Below are positions 23,501 to 37,565 of a stretch of DNA of 48,330 bases, piece after piece (positions within the stretch are counted from its first letter, which is position 1; each line of letters begins with the position of its first letter). The stretch is from the NCBI GenBank assembly GCA_000934665.2, contig KZ538777.1:1-48330 (forward strand), written 5' to 3'. A program made the position numbers and the translations under genes. The notes beneath the pieces were generated by a model. The model ran no database searches, was not told the DNA's origin, and saw only the letters and a list, made by a program, of their open reading frames with translations. The DNA is from Catajapyx aquilonaris (taxonomy: Eukaryota).

Positions 23501-26500
23501 GGCAGCCTGTCCTCGTTGGAGATGAAAGTGTTCGGGCGGTCAGCAGGAGTCACGCAACTTCAGTTCCCCTTCAAGAGCACCATCAGGGAGTAGGGAGGAG
23601 CTAGCAATTACTGCACTATTTGCGCTAGTCCATGCCTTATTATTTCGATGCATTTGGCCTTGCTTCCGGTTCAGGAAAAGCTTTGGGGGGNGGGGGGGGG
23701 GGGGGCGAATTTATGCAGGGGAAGATAAGGTTTGGTTGCTTTAAGGAAAAATTCGACGTTATTTTTTTTAAGAGTGGCATAACTAATTGGAACCTTTCCC
23801 GGGAACATGGCTCGTAAAATACTTCAAAGGAAACGTCATGCCGGGTTCTCATAAGGAAACACATTATTTGAAATTTATAGGTAAATTTTTGTAGCAATAA
23901 ACGTCGTCATCTTCGTTCTTAAAAATATTGACACTGTAACTCAAGCATAGTATCATTAGAGAGCAAGAATTCGCAAAGGGGTGAAAAAATAGGGTGTTGT
24001 TTTCACAATTTCAGAAGCATCAGAACTATTTGGTGCCGGTATCTACCCTGTCCCCGTTGAGCCCATCTCATCAATAAATCAATACTTATCCCCACTGGAC
24101 AGTTCCGCGTTCACTATTGCATGAAATATTCAATAGTCTACAGTAGGCCCGTTTCTCTTTCTGAAAAGCTATTCATAAATATGTTACACCCCTCTCTTAC
24201 CGGCTTCTGCTGCATGATGCTAATATACACGTTTACGCCGAGTGCTGCAAACTAGACAGACGCCCCATTTCTGAACTATTCAATTATTACTACAGCCATA
24301 TTAGATTCTGTTCTCCCTGAATGATACAGCATCTGCAAGTTACTATCTCACCGTAACCAACTTGGGAAATGCAATTATGAACATGTCATTTAGAGAGGAA
24401 GTAATGGAGTATGACAGGAAACTAGACGAGCGAGGGTATAAGCTCATTATGCTCTCATTTATAGCAGGGCTTCATTTCGCCCTATCTTTGAGATTAAACC
24501 GCGAATTTTGAGAATTGAATGACACCATGTGAATTAGCTGCTGGTTCGCCGCCGATGTAAGATTGTATTTAATATAGTGTGCAAAAAACTGGCGGAAAAA
24601 AGCCCCCCTTTTTTACATGGGACAGGAATTTATAATGGCATCTTGCACTCAGTGAATGAATTCTTCCCTTGTACCTTGAAAAGAACAAAGAGTTCTACAA
24701 AGCCAAGATGGCGTGACTCGAGTGCAGCAGTTTGGGCCGTGACTGTGACCTTAAAAAAAATTGCGGAAATGGCAGCGGAAGAAAAGGATACCCAGTTCTG
24801 TGTCGTAACTTCCACCACAATTCCGCTGGCTGGAACCGGGAAGGATATGCCATTAGAGTGCAGGAACCAATTCATGCATCCATCAAAAAGTCAACAAACG
24901 AGAGTAAAAGCAAGACAACAATATTCCGCCAGTTTATGTAATCACGGCAGCCAGCACTAAAAGTCTGAGGCCGGCAATTTACATGATTTGTCCGCCGGCT
25001 TCTCTTTTAACCCACTAGCAAATACACACCTCCTTACTCTAGAAATATGACTCATTTCATTTTTATTTGAATTTTTTTTTTGCGCCAAAAACATCTGACT
25101 CATTCTGCACCAAGACTACTACCAGCTTATTTTGTGCATTGGAAAGCCGCACTGCAGATTCATTCACAAGCGCCTCTTTACACCCATGCTTGGAAATACG
25201 TGTGGTGGGTGGGTGTGCTGATGGAGAGGAAAACCGGGGAGGTTGTTAGGCTGCCGCTGGCATTTTGTCAATAGGCCCACTCACACAGGACTGGATGCGC
25301 TACACCGCCACTTGCAGCCAGACTTTTCCGCACGAACAGGTTCCAATGCCACTCTCCAACCGGAGGACCTCCAATCATTTCGTATCAATGGGGTCCCCCT
25401 TTTGCCTGCCTGCCTACATGCCCACGTATGGACACCCAAGTGGGTCAGGAGGCACCGGTATGCATGCCCAAACACTGGCACAACATATATACTTACTTGT
25501 ATGGTGACATGTTTAGCTATTTGCATTTTTCTTCTGCAAGGCGGCCTGATTCATGAGAAAAGCTGACCTTGGCATGTCTCATTCTAATGACGCATATGTT
25601 ACGTGCTAGGAAGAGTGCTGTACTACTTGATGTATTCCGCAGGCATGTAAAAACCGAAGGAAAAAAAATGATGTGACGTATACCAAAGGTGCAGGCAGAA
25701 CATTTCTTGAAGAAACGCACGAACCTGAGGCGTGTAAAGTGGCGTCATAGTTAAAAGTAAATAGAGGAATAATCAGAATGGCTGCCAGAAAAAAAAAGTG
25801 GAATGAGTCGCGTTATCCTTCTGATTCATCTCTGGTCGTGAATTACGCAATCTTAAGTGTACGTAGTGAATGGAACGTTCGCGTACTGTAATACTGTGTA
25901 ATTTGCAATCTACAGCTTGTACAGGAGGTGGAGCAGATGTCGGGTGGGTGCATAAGCATGACCTAGAGACCCGTTTCAATGGAAAAGTGTGCATTTCCTC
26001 GTTGTGTCAGATCGATGCCCACATTTATAGACCCGCATCCGGCCAATAGGCGCAGGACCTTGAAACCTATAACAGGACGAAGGAAATCAAGCAGACCTCC
26101 CTAGAGAGTCACCTCCGGCTCGCACTCATCCTACTTTACCGAATTTAGTCTCCAAAACAAAGTGTAATGTCACCGGCAGGTCCAAAATAATTTATCATAA
26201 AAAGGAGAGTTACGGACCTTAAGTGAAAAGTTTCAGGCTTGGGCGTGCCGCTCACTTTCACGCAACTTTTTTTTTTTTGCGTCGCCTTGTGTGAACATGT
26301 CAAGGTGGAAAATACGCGAACTCTGCCCTGTAATATTCCTGGTTATATGGTATAGACCGGGAGTGGTGTTGGCACTCTCCCTCAAGGTAAGGAATAGGGA
26401 GAAATGAATTTTTAAAAGTCGCAGTCTTCCCTACTTTATTTCCCACAGTGTAAGTTACGTGCAACACAGTTGCGACGCCGACATGAGGATGCGAGAGGAA

Positions 26501-27916
26501 TAACTTACTTAGCGGGAAGTCTGCTGCATTGAAAAAAAAAATCTTATACATCCTTGACTTTACGCAACACACATGGCTTCAGGTGAAGCGCGCAACTTGA
26601 ACTCAGCTTGGTAGGATACAAAGTCCAGAACTCCGAAACGATTTGCCAATATTCTCAGAATTTCTGGCTAGAATGAGCCGCAACTATTTCCGAACTTCCA
26701 GAAACCAAATAATATATGGGTAAATGCACGGTACAAGAGCACCTTAGGGCAAAACCGGCATCCTAGGTAATCCTGATAGACACAGCAAACAGGCCTCCAA
26801 TATATATCGAGCCCGCAGCAAAAGCATCCATGAATTTTTCAGAGCAATAAACAAAGCGCAGCAGGTCGCCACCAATAAGCTGAGTGAATCCGCAGTGACG
26901 TCGCAATCATGTCTGAAGCCATGAATAGGTCCCTGAGGAAGGCAGCTGAGTCTGAGAGCCAACCCCAAAGTGGTGCATCCTGCGTGATGGGCCTACTAGC
27001 ATCAAAGTCCTGGAAATGTCGTGTCTTGGAAGAAGACGCAGAACTGCTGTTGTAATTCCCACTGCGGCTTAATTAGGCTCGGGGCCATTTAAAAAACGGA
27101 ATGCGCCAAAATCGCAGATATACTGGCTGGGTTAGTTGGCGTGAAAATATTTTCCCACTTTGGTAGGTATGCGGCAGGCAAGACTGCTGCTCTTGTCTTC
27201 CAAGAGTAGCATTGCGGAGTCCAAATCTCGAGGCCAAGGGGTCTTTTGGGACACCTAACTCCATAAATAGGGCTATCAGGGCAAATGAAAAATAAGGGGA
27301 CACTGGGGATACCCCTTACTGTATCAACAGGTAACTCCTCGTGTGTCATAAATATGTAATGTCGCGTTCGGGAAACGACTCTCAACAATGGCTCTAAAAC
27401 GTCTGCCCACTTTTAGAATTGGTTCATTCTGCTGGATATTACTGTACAATAAACCATCGCTTGCTTTATAACTATATAAAAAGCGCGTCGTAATGCTCCT
27501 TGTGTGTCATTCAGCATACTAATAATATACAATCTTCAATGTGCAATTATTTTTTTTTAATAAGCCCCCCCCCCCTCCGTTTTATCAGGCCTACAGTAAC
27601 TCATGAGACTACCCCTATCCTCATCTCCAGTCTCCAGAAAGAAATGCTGCGACAGTCTGGCTCATGAATAATATAAGAAAACTCTCGGAATCCTTATTCC
27701 GTCATCAGTCACCTAGCCGAGAAGCATTTTGGTCACACAAAATTTTTTATCATCATAAGAGTTCGCTAAGTAATGTGGAAAAGACAAGTTTTAGTGTTAT
27801 ATCACCACAATTCATTCCTTCCCGGCTTACTTGTTAGTACGAAGATGGATAGAAAACTAGAGTCGATTTTTTTTCTCTCACATTCCCCTTTAGAGTTATG
27901 ATACGTGAGGTAATTA

Positions 27917-28089
27917 TATAGAGTCAACTGACATCAGAGAATGCACTTCTGGAACGAACCTCCCACTTTTCAAGTTTCCATGGAGATGCCCTCACACTGT
28001 TTACTGCTATTATTGTGTGGGAGCATCTCCATGGAAACTTGAAAAGTGGGAAGTTCCAGAAGTGCATTCTCGAATGTCCTTTGATTATA
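27917..28089. repeat. ~170-bp hairpin/MITE-like inverted repeat with a short spacer
   Basis: GAGAATGCACTTCTGGAAC...TCCCACTTTTCAAGTTTCCATGGAGATGC pairs with GCATCTCCATGGAAACTTGAAAAGTGGGA...GTTCCAGAAGTGCATTCTC. TATA lies at both outer ends. Confidence 0.85.
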
Positions 28090-31000
28090 TGACTATATTA
28101 TTCTGTAAAATAAAATCCAAGTAAAATATTGCTTCTCCCTCGCGTCGGGCAGATCTCGTTTATAGTTTCTCCCAACCTCAGTGGGGCTTCATCTGGGAAC
28201 ATGCTTCTAATAATGAAACTTGAAACAAAGAATCTACCTCTATAGGAAAACTCAATCATGTGATTGGCAGCTAAGGCAAGCTATGGCAACGAGAAACGAA
28301 TACATATATAGAGCTTCTTTTTGAAGGTGCCCTCGAACTATATATCTGCCTATAAATCAGGTAAAGAAAGGCCCTTACCTATTTCGCAGTCCTATGGCTT
28401 CACTGGATACATTAGCTAGGTTACGTCAATGCAGTCTCGTTTTAAGTCAATAGAGCCTTCATCAGTTTATTAATTGCAAGTGACCTGACAGCAAGCAGCC
28501 CGTCTTGAGATTCGAGACTGAATTTTTATTATGGGTATAGCGTCGCATAAAAGGTCATCCATAAAAGACAACCAGGAGATTGTCGCTTATTTTAACCTTC
28601 CACCAACCTTTATATCACGCACAATCGCACAGGACCAGACTTTCCTCTTCCCCATGCATTAAGTGCAACACCATAATGTAGACATACCTAATTCCACATA
28701 CATACAGGACTGACCTTTACGAATAACGCAGACCTGCTATATGCATATACTGATAAGACGAGGATGTAAGGGTAGAGTTTATTCTTTGTATACAGTACCT
28801 TAGGAAGCAGTAACAATAGTATCTTAGCTATGACTTTATTTACAGACTTTGAGTATTTATTTCGACTTTCAATGTCCTATCACTTTTCGTCACATTGAAT
28901 CCCCCTACCTAAGTAGCATGGTACAATATTATAAACAACCCCAAAGTTGCTCTCATGGGTGTGAATTAAAGTTCTCAGTTACTTTTTAGTTATACAGGTT
29001 GTGCTGAAGGCAGAAGATAAAGCTCAGACTTATGCCACCAATGTTGTCATTACAAGTGGCAGTAACAATGGCAGCAAAAGTGACGTCAATCCAAACTAGA
29101 ACAAATTGTATGCCTGTATGCAGGTGTCAACTTCAGTTACGCCCAGCTCTATCATAATTATCCACCTTCGGGCTGGAACCAAAAAAAAAATCCAAGTAAA
29201 AACCTCACCAGTGCAGTGTCTAGAACTTGATGGACTCAACACACCGCAGTGTACCTTTGGTCTCCTGATCAAAGCAAGCCGCTTACAATAACCGCAGAAG
29301 CAGCACACTGCGGCTCAAAAGTACCGCATAATCACGCATACCTGGCACAGCTCCCAATTCATTTGTGCCGCTTCTGTAATCAGCAATTTTTTCCAGTCCG
29401 CATCGCATTGCTGAACCCCCCATCATGATTTTCTGGAAGGCCTATTTTGGACATCACGAGCTGGATTTGAAGGTGGCCTGATGTAGTTGCGGAGATTTCC
29501 AGGTATATGACGGGGGCGGGTGGGTGGGTGGGTGGGAGTAAGCCCTACCTGGAATTCACAGGGTCCCTCGGATCGATAGACTGCGCCACATTTTACCGGG
29601 CCAACACCTATTGAGAGATGTGGCAACACATCGCAATTTCCCCTCTTTCAAGAGGGCCAGGAAATTGGCTGCCTGGCTAATTGAATACTTATTTCAGAAG
29701 CATGGCTATCCTTGGACCGCCTGATGAAGGGTTAGTAATGCGGAGATTCTCTTGTCGCAGGACGTGCCGCACAGGTGCTTCGTCTCTCAGGGGGTTACTA
29801 CTATCAAAAGTCAAATGGCTACCATTGATTGCGTGCAAGACTGCAGGTATATAGCCGGATTTTTTATACCATTTTTTTGGCAGGTAATTAATTTGTTTAC
29901 ATTCGTACAAGCTGAGTGTATGCTTGTCACAAGGACGGCTCGGAATTGGCAACTCGCTCGGAAGAAGCGAGAGTAATTTGCGATTTAGTCATCTTTTTCA
30001 GATGTAGTCATGTGTCAATAACTGGAAGCGAGGCGAGTGAATCGCCAATATGACAGGCTACAACTTTTTCCTTACAGTCGCAGTTTACATTATGTTCGGA
30101 TTATTGCTTCCTGGATACATATTAGCGTTTTCTTTGACGATGAGTCATATAACTGAGCTTTTCTTATGCACATTATACTGTAGGATGTATACTATGTACA
30201 TAAAACTTCCACGGTTCGGTGCACGTATTGCCGATGGCTGTTTCACCTTGGAAGATTGCAATCTGTCAGTGAATTATTCACAGGAGCGGATTTATTGCAA
30301 AAAATGACGACCTATATATGAATGCTAGATTGATTGACTGTTGTAGTTCTCTCAAAATGCAGTGTCTGTATCGATGGAATGGGAAAGACCACACATGTCA
30401 GCTCTGCAATCGCATACAGTATTTAGCAGCATTTCATCACATCCCGGATAGGAACAAACACACCACAGGGAGTACCAACAATGCTATACCGCACCATGCT
30501 AGGTGGTGCTATAGGAACAAATTGCGGACTGCATCGATAATATATAACTAGCGTTTATTTTGAGATACTGGTACCTTGAAGCAGTCCCGCATAAGTCTGC
30601 ATCATTGATTTTCCTGGCCAGTGCTGGGTCAGGTGAGGCGTAAATATTATTGGCACTATATGATTATTCCACTCTCCTAGTCAATGAAGTGCATGTGTGC
30701 AGGACAATAATCCATAATAAATTACGAGCCTCAGTCGACTGTAATGTTTCTACGGGAAATAGACGAAGTGACAGGCAGCGACATATAAAACCACGGCTAA
30801 TTTATTCGCCTTTCGTGCATTATAATGCACCTCATCTACTGAACTGTACTGCGTAGCCACAAAATTACATGCTCGCTGTCCTTACAGTACACTGCCTACT
30901 ACATAATTATCCTGCGTATACTGGACGTTGAATTAGCGGTTCATAACCGCGACTTATAAGTTCTTCACAGAAGGTTTTGATGTATCCCGCAAGCACTTTT

Positions 31001-34000
31001 GAAAACTTTCATGTACGGGCTTTTTTCTGACCATCCCTTCAACGCTTTACTTTGTACTTTGCAGACAATATGAGGGGCTAGACATATTCAACATGTATGA
31101 AATATGTGGGATTTTTTTTTGCGCAGGGAATATCTTCTGCATAGAGAATATTTGCAGCATCAGTTACTTCAACCCCACGAAACATTTACATGCCCGTTAT
31201 TTTTCCCACTCGTAATGGTGACACCTCCATTTCCTCCCACTCTGTCCTACATACAGGATAACTCTGAGAATATCCTATATGCAATGTCACCCTCGAGGGA
31301 TTTTTATGCCTCACCCTGTAAATGCCCCAGTAAATTACTGTCTCCATCATTGGACATAAGCGTATACTACAACATTATTTTATTGCCATCAAAACGTGTG
31401 GGTGGTAAGTTCACAACAAAGCCGCAAGACTTGAAGTTGCAGACTGCGTGCGGTGAGCTGCAGATTGACAACTCCTTGGGAAGTGTTGAGTGAAAGTTGA
31501 CTCATGAAACAAGCGGGGTTACCTTGACCCAGATCGGAAGAGGGCATAGCAAAAGAAAGGGATGTCAGACTAATTAGTCGCCTCAATATTTTGCAGGTGC
31601 GTCAAGGTGAGCGTCAAAGTCACGTCAGGTATTCTTCCAAATTGAGAAAAAAGTAACTGTCGGTTGAGTGAAGGAGAACCAATAGGTGAACCTCCTTGGC
31701 CACATGGCATCACTTTCCGAGGGAAGTCAACTCTAATTAAGACCTCTAACTTCCAGTTCAAACTTGTTAATTAGCTGGCGTTCCCATATAATGTAGGAAC
31801 TAAGAAAATAAACTACCCTGCACGTAGATGCTATAATTCAGGCATCAGTATTCCTCGAAAATAATGGGTTCCAAGTTGGCAGGTTTTGCCGCTATACCTA
31901 TTTGCAAGGCTGGCCACGAATATACCGCATTGCGTTGCCACACGATTATTTTGCGCCCTAGCATATGTATGGAGGAAAAAAAAGTCACCTTCTCTGATGT
32001 CGCCACAACAACGCCAATCACGCAATTCGATCATGGTCATCGAAAGGTCAAGTTCATCATTAAGCCCCAAATTCTGACGTCTGTTGTCTATATTTCAAGT
32101 AAAAATAGTTGGGCCTCTGGAGAGATTGAAAGCATCACCTGATTGTTTCAGATGCCGGAATTCATTATCGTAACTAAGTATATCGGTTTCTCTAAATGCG
32201 CAGTTTGCCCTTCATCGCTTTCGCAACTGTATCCTTTTATTCGGGCAAAATACAATATTCTGCGGAAATATCTTCCACAGCTGCGTAGTTATTCTTCCAC
32301 GATTAAATAAAGCCTGGGATCGGAAGAGTAATCGGATCACAATAAGAGCTGCATTCATCACATTCTCTTTTTTTATAACTCGTAACAGAGCCGCTCATAG
32401 CAGCGTATTATACTGTTACGTATTTCATTTCAAATAGTCCCTATTTAGTTGCTTTAAAAAAAAATCTCCTCGATGACGCATCAACTTCACACTGTAATAT
32501 GCATTGTTTTCCTAATTCCTATTTGTACAGTACAGAGAAGGAATTGTTCGCAATTTGGTCATGAAAACTGTATTTTGGAAGGTATATAACACACCCCATT
32601 CTACGTCATTTGTAAACATTTCTGTAAAATCGATATTTTTGCAAAGCTTTAAATGATTTATTTGGTTACCGTTTAATATTATAACTGATTTAATTATTTT
32701 CTCTTCCGCAGCCTTGTTAATTCGTTCACCTGTTTACCATGCAACAGTGTTACCTATATCATTAGATGTTAATGAATATTAATTAAAAATTGCGAACACT
32801 TGATTACGCCAGAAAAGTATGAAAAGTAGCTCAGGGCAAGAAAATCAGTTTTGGGTCCTGTAATTTCAGGGCGCGGCCAGGTACAGGATGGATAGAAAAT
32901 TTCTTTTCAAAACTCTGGTGAGAGTTGTTGAATGACCAACGCTATGCTTGGTTATTATTAATATGTTACTTTCCACATCCCTTTGCCAGTTTTCTCCCAA
33001 TGTTTCCCAAAGTAGCTTTTATTCGAATAGTCTACGAATTGTGGTAGCTGCATACCGTATATGTGCTACAAAGTTTCCTTTGACAATTCCAGCAATTTCC
33101 ATTCAAAGAGAAGCTCCAGCACCCCCTTCAAAATACGGCTACATAATATGTCTCACGAGCGGAAGAGCTTCCCAAGAGTTTGGGATGATTGACCTGGGAG
33201 TTCGCCCGATCTTAATCCGATAGAGCCCATATAGGCAAGATTGCAAGTGAGCGTGCCCAAAAAGCCCAACTAATCTTCAAGAGTACAGGTGGAATCGTCG
33301 TATGCAATTGCACGAGTCGATTCCCCCCCCCCCCCAACTAGCAATAGTTTTCCGAGTACGACACAAAATGCCTGCGGAGAAAGGTCAACAACTGCACCCA
33401 ACCAATTTGTACCTACACCATGTTTTCATTTTGACTTATGCATTAGCCTTGTTAGTTAATTCNCCCCCTAGCCACCCACCACCCTCGCAGAATCCGCAGC
33501 AGATCAATACCTTCGAAACCCGATGCCCCCTCTACACCCTCCCCTGCTGCTACCACCATCCCCCAACCCACCCTGACTTCAACTTCCTCCACAACACGCC
33601 CCTCATCTGAATTATTTCGCATTGCGCATTAATTGCATGGGAATTTCATGCAGCTCCTGGCAAATTGCACGCCAGCAAAAGACCGCATCCAAATCCCCCG
33701 GGGGAGCATGGGAGCAGTTGGTGGCGCGTTGTCAAAAGGCGCCCGACAGACCGACGACACCCGCCATTACGTGATGTGAGGAAAAGGAAGAAGGAAGACA
33801 TCATACTAGAGGATCATACCTCGTTTGGTCACGTCTCTATTCAGACCCATGGCTACTTCATTTTTTTCCGGGAGTTTGGATGGGGAAATTGGTGGCCTCT
33901 AGATCTGCATAGATACCTTTGGTGCCAGTCGCGGATGGCGTTGACAGACTCCAGACATAGAGTGTGGCCTAGCTGGCCCAAAAAGCGATCAATGTTCGTG

Positions 34001-34554
34001 ATTGATAACCTGGAGCAAGCTCCGATTCCGACAGCGACGAGGTTCACGCAGTTGCAATTCATTCCTCACTTGGTTTGCTCGCTGCCTCTGCACTTTACAG
34101 ATTATTATACGCTGGGTTTCTGTATGACCAGGAAACTGGGTTCCTGGTACTCTATGGTTTGGTAGGTGGGCTGTGGNNNNNNNNNNNCCCCCCCCCCCCC
34201 CCCGGTCGTTTCTCCCGTCCTTTTCCCTATTTTTCCAAGCTGTTGCCTGACTGAAAAGGACACTCTGCGAAGGACCAACCCGGGTCATTGCAGGTCACGA
34301 TGCTTTCTCGCTACCTGCACTGCAAAAGGTGGTATACAATACTTTTATATTGGATGGATGCAACGATCTACCAGACTCATTTTTATGGAATGTAAAATGA
34401 GTGTCACGCTGTACATAGGGTAGTCCGTGACTCGTGTAAAATGCTTCTATAGCTTTCTTTTGTGCGATATCACGAAGGTGATGTGGCAAACTGGAGAAAT
34501 GTTTGACTCAATCCACTCTTCATCGCCAACTTGACAACATGAGGCTCCAGCACT

Positions 34555-34555
<1 letters not shown>

Positions 34556-34625
<70 letters not shown>
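34556..34625. repeat. (AAT)n microsatellite
   Basis: Direct observation. Confidence 0.95.
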
Positions 34626-34626
<1 letters not shown>

Positions 34627-34689
34627 GGTATTCAGTGAAAAGAAGTCTTCCTTTGCAGGCATACTTTTTTTTAAAAAATTCGACCGGCT

Positions 34690-34871
34690 TTATTCACCCT
34701 TCACTGCTAATGGGATTTTGCATGCGGGAGGGAACGGGACAATCCAAGGAAAACTTATTCGGGCACAAAAAAAAAACATCTAAACTGTACTTCTACATGG
34801 AAAATCCTTCACCCGTTCCAGGGATAGAACTTGGGGGCCTCAAAGATAAGAGGCCGAACCCTTAGCCACTA
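34690..34871 (-). mobile_element. Possible old tRNA-derived SINE relic
   Basis: The minus strand reads TAGTGGCTAAGG...GGCCTCTTATCTTTGAGGCC...AGTTCTATCCCTGG, a decayed A-box/B-box arrangement. No TSD seen. Confidence 0.3.
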
Positions 34872-36743
34872 TTATTATGGCATAATGCTGCTGAAGGTAC
34901 TTGTGACAAACAAAACCACTGTACTTGGAATTGCGATATCAGCCTCGTGATATCTGCCAGTGCCACTAGACAGATGTACAGACTAAAATGTTTGGACCAC
35001 CCTGTATTCATGAATAATTCGGATAATTCGGACCAATTGAGATATGCAAACTTATTATCTTGTACCGACAAAGGCTGAAAACTTCTTCGTAATCCCACTC
35101 ATAAGTAATGCTACTCATTTCTTGGCAAGTGACTGATTTTAAGTGAGACAGCTACTGAAAGTGATTATACGATAAGATTAACACTATCGTAGAGATATCC
35201 GCTGCAGAGACAGACCTCTGTCCATTCGAATCTTCACAACGCGAAACTGGTGACAATAAAACAGTAATTCGGTTGACTTGCAGCCTGTATAATAACATAA
35301 AGAGCCCCGAATAAAAACTGTTGCTAAGCCACATTTTGGCCACTGGAGGCAACTGATTATATATCATTAAAGAACTTTGCGATCACAAAAAGCGCGCAAA
35401 TCCTTAAAGTCATCGCATATGAAAGTAAGTTTTTTATGATGATGCTGACATCCATTGTCTAAGTTACATACGATTATGCCCATCTTCCAGAGCAAGAGTG
35501 ACAATCTCAATAACTTCAATATAAATGTGCACCAATTTAGATTAACAGTTGCTATGTTATGTCACGCAATTTTCAAGTTGCATGATACCCAAATTATTTC
35601 TTAATTGCTTAATTTCATTTGGAGCAGTATGAATGTATTCAGTTTATGCTAGTTTAAATAAATATATAACGTTCGTGTATATAGGCTAGGTCTACTGCGT
35701 CGAAATAATTCGCGCTGGAGACTTTTAAATCTTGGCTTTGGCCTTGCTAAAATATTCAAAGTTGCAGTTATTCTTATGTTAGGCTGGAAATAACCGGTTT
35801 TCACGAGTGTGACGACTCCTGTGCACGTGAGTGGCGACAAAGCCTCGGGCCTTACGACAATATCAGTGTACAGAGGACAGGAACTGCGAGAAAATGTATG
35901 TTCGGTGGTAGTTTTTTTCATGAGATATTAACTCCACTAATGCTTTACAGGTGATGACTGTGACGAGTTAATTCAATGGAATCATAATCCGTGACAGATT
36001 TGCAGGCAAGATTTTAAAACTACTCAGTTTTTAGTCATAAAAATAAATGATGTATTGTAGGGTATTGTAGGGTTAAAGATCACACGCTGCTGATGCATTA
36101 CGTTGAGGACGTATGCCAACAGTTTCTGAATTAGGGTCTCAATTAATCAGTTATAAACGCCATTCATTTCCCCTGCATATGTAAACGTTCTGTGAGCATT
36201 TACTACGGCCTAACGCTCGCGATAAAGCTGATTTTATTGAAACTACTTAACTAAATCTCGTTAAACAAGGAAATTTGCGAATATCGCTCGTGTCAGCGGT
36301 TTATTGCGTGCGTTTGTTGCCTTTTGTTGCAAAACGCAACTGTAAAATTACCGTAAAATGAACCACCAATTGGCGCCGCTTTATTTCATACCGATAAAAC
36401 GTTAATCCAAATGTGCCTTTACCTGATGCCAGTTAAGTTTTTTTAGTCGGAAAGTATCTACGTACAGTATACTTAACTCTAGTTCGGAGTATCTTTCTTG
36501 TCTAACTACACTATACGTAATTTTTCACCGTCTATAGATAAAAAAAACTGTTTGTCTCCGTCCAGTTATCTGTTCAGCAGTACTTACTTTCGGATCCTCT
36601 CCAAGCTAGGTGATGTAATTCCCAGAAGAATGTAAGATAACATTTTCGCCACCCTTGCAGAAAAATTTTCGCAGTGCAGTGAGTCAAGTCGCGAGTTAGG
36701 AATCGGTATTTCAAATACTATTAAGAAGAAATGCACCACAACT

Positions 36744-36797
<54 letters not shown>
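36744..36797. repeat. (ATC)n microsatellite
   Basis: Direct observation. It is the source of the poly-M ORF. Confidence 0.95.
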
Positions 36798-37565
36798 GTT
36801 CCTTGATGCACACCTTTATATCACGTTAGATTATGCAGATTTGCAAAACCAGAGGCAGTATCAGTTAGGAGACTTTCAAATAATGGGTTCAAGTTATACT
36901 GCAATACCGCATCCCACAATGCTTGGATAAAATAACGAAACACCTAGCAATAGTAAACTCATGCATATGTAAATGCTATAAGTCACGATAGTGTTATGTC
37001 AGTCTCATAAAAATATATAACTGGCACACCTGCAATGATTAAGCATTCAAGAAGCTAGGCGCCAGCAGTGATTGATTGATTGATGGATTGATTCCACTGT
37101 AAGAGATAAAGGGTGGATATGGATAAGGTTACGCCTAATATGTCACATAACATTATCGTGATAGAGGCTATCAAGACGTAGTACAGTACAAATAAACGCC
37201 AATGCAGGTACTCACTTTTTGAGAGAACGATGTCAGAAATGGCTCGTCCTGAAAGTAGAACAATGCGTCATATCATCATGTCTAAATGATTGAATTTATT
37301 TACAGAAGTGTAATATGAATGTTCAGCAGCGACATAATTATGTTGAACTATACGCCTACAAAGTTGCAGCTTTGCGTGCAACTTCTCAACTGATGCGCCA
37401 TTTTCGGAAGCTTATTCCGATAGTGTGATCCTTTCAGAAGCACTCTGCATCGTGACAAGGTATTTTTTAAATTGAAAAAACCGCAACACCGTGATCAAAA
37501 TACACCCTTACGAGTTACGATAGCAGGGGCTTGCGTGTTTACCCTCATTGAGAGGAAACCGTGTA

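Noticed and set aside
34387..34408. TGGAATGTAAA resembling the miR-1 5' end
   Set aside because: Only 11 nt match, the 3' half diverges and there is no precursor hairpin.
36052..36072. Short tandem duplications (also at ~2551 and ~35014) as possible leftover TSDs
   Set aside because: They cannot be distinguished from ordinary replication-slippage duplications.
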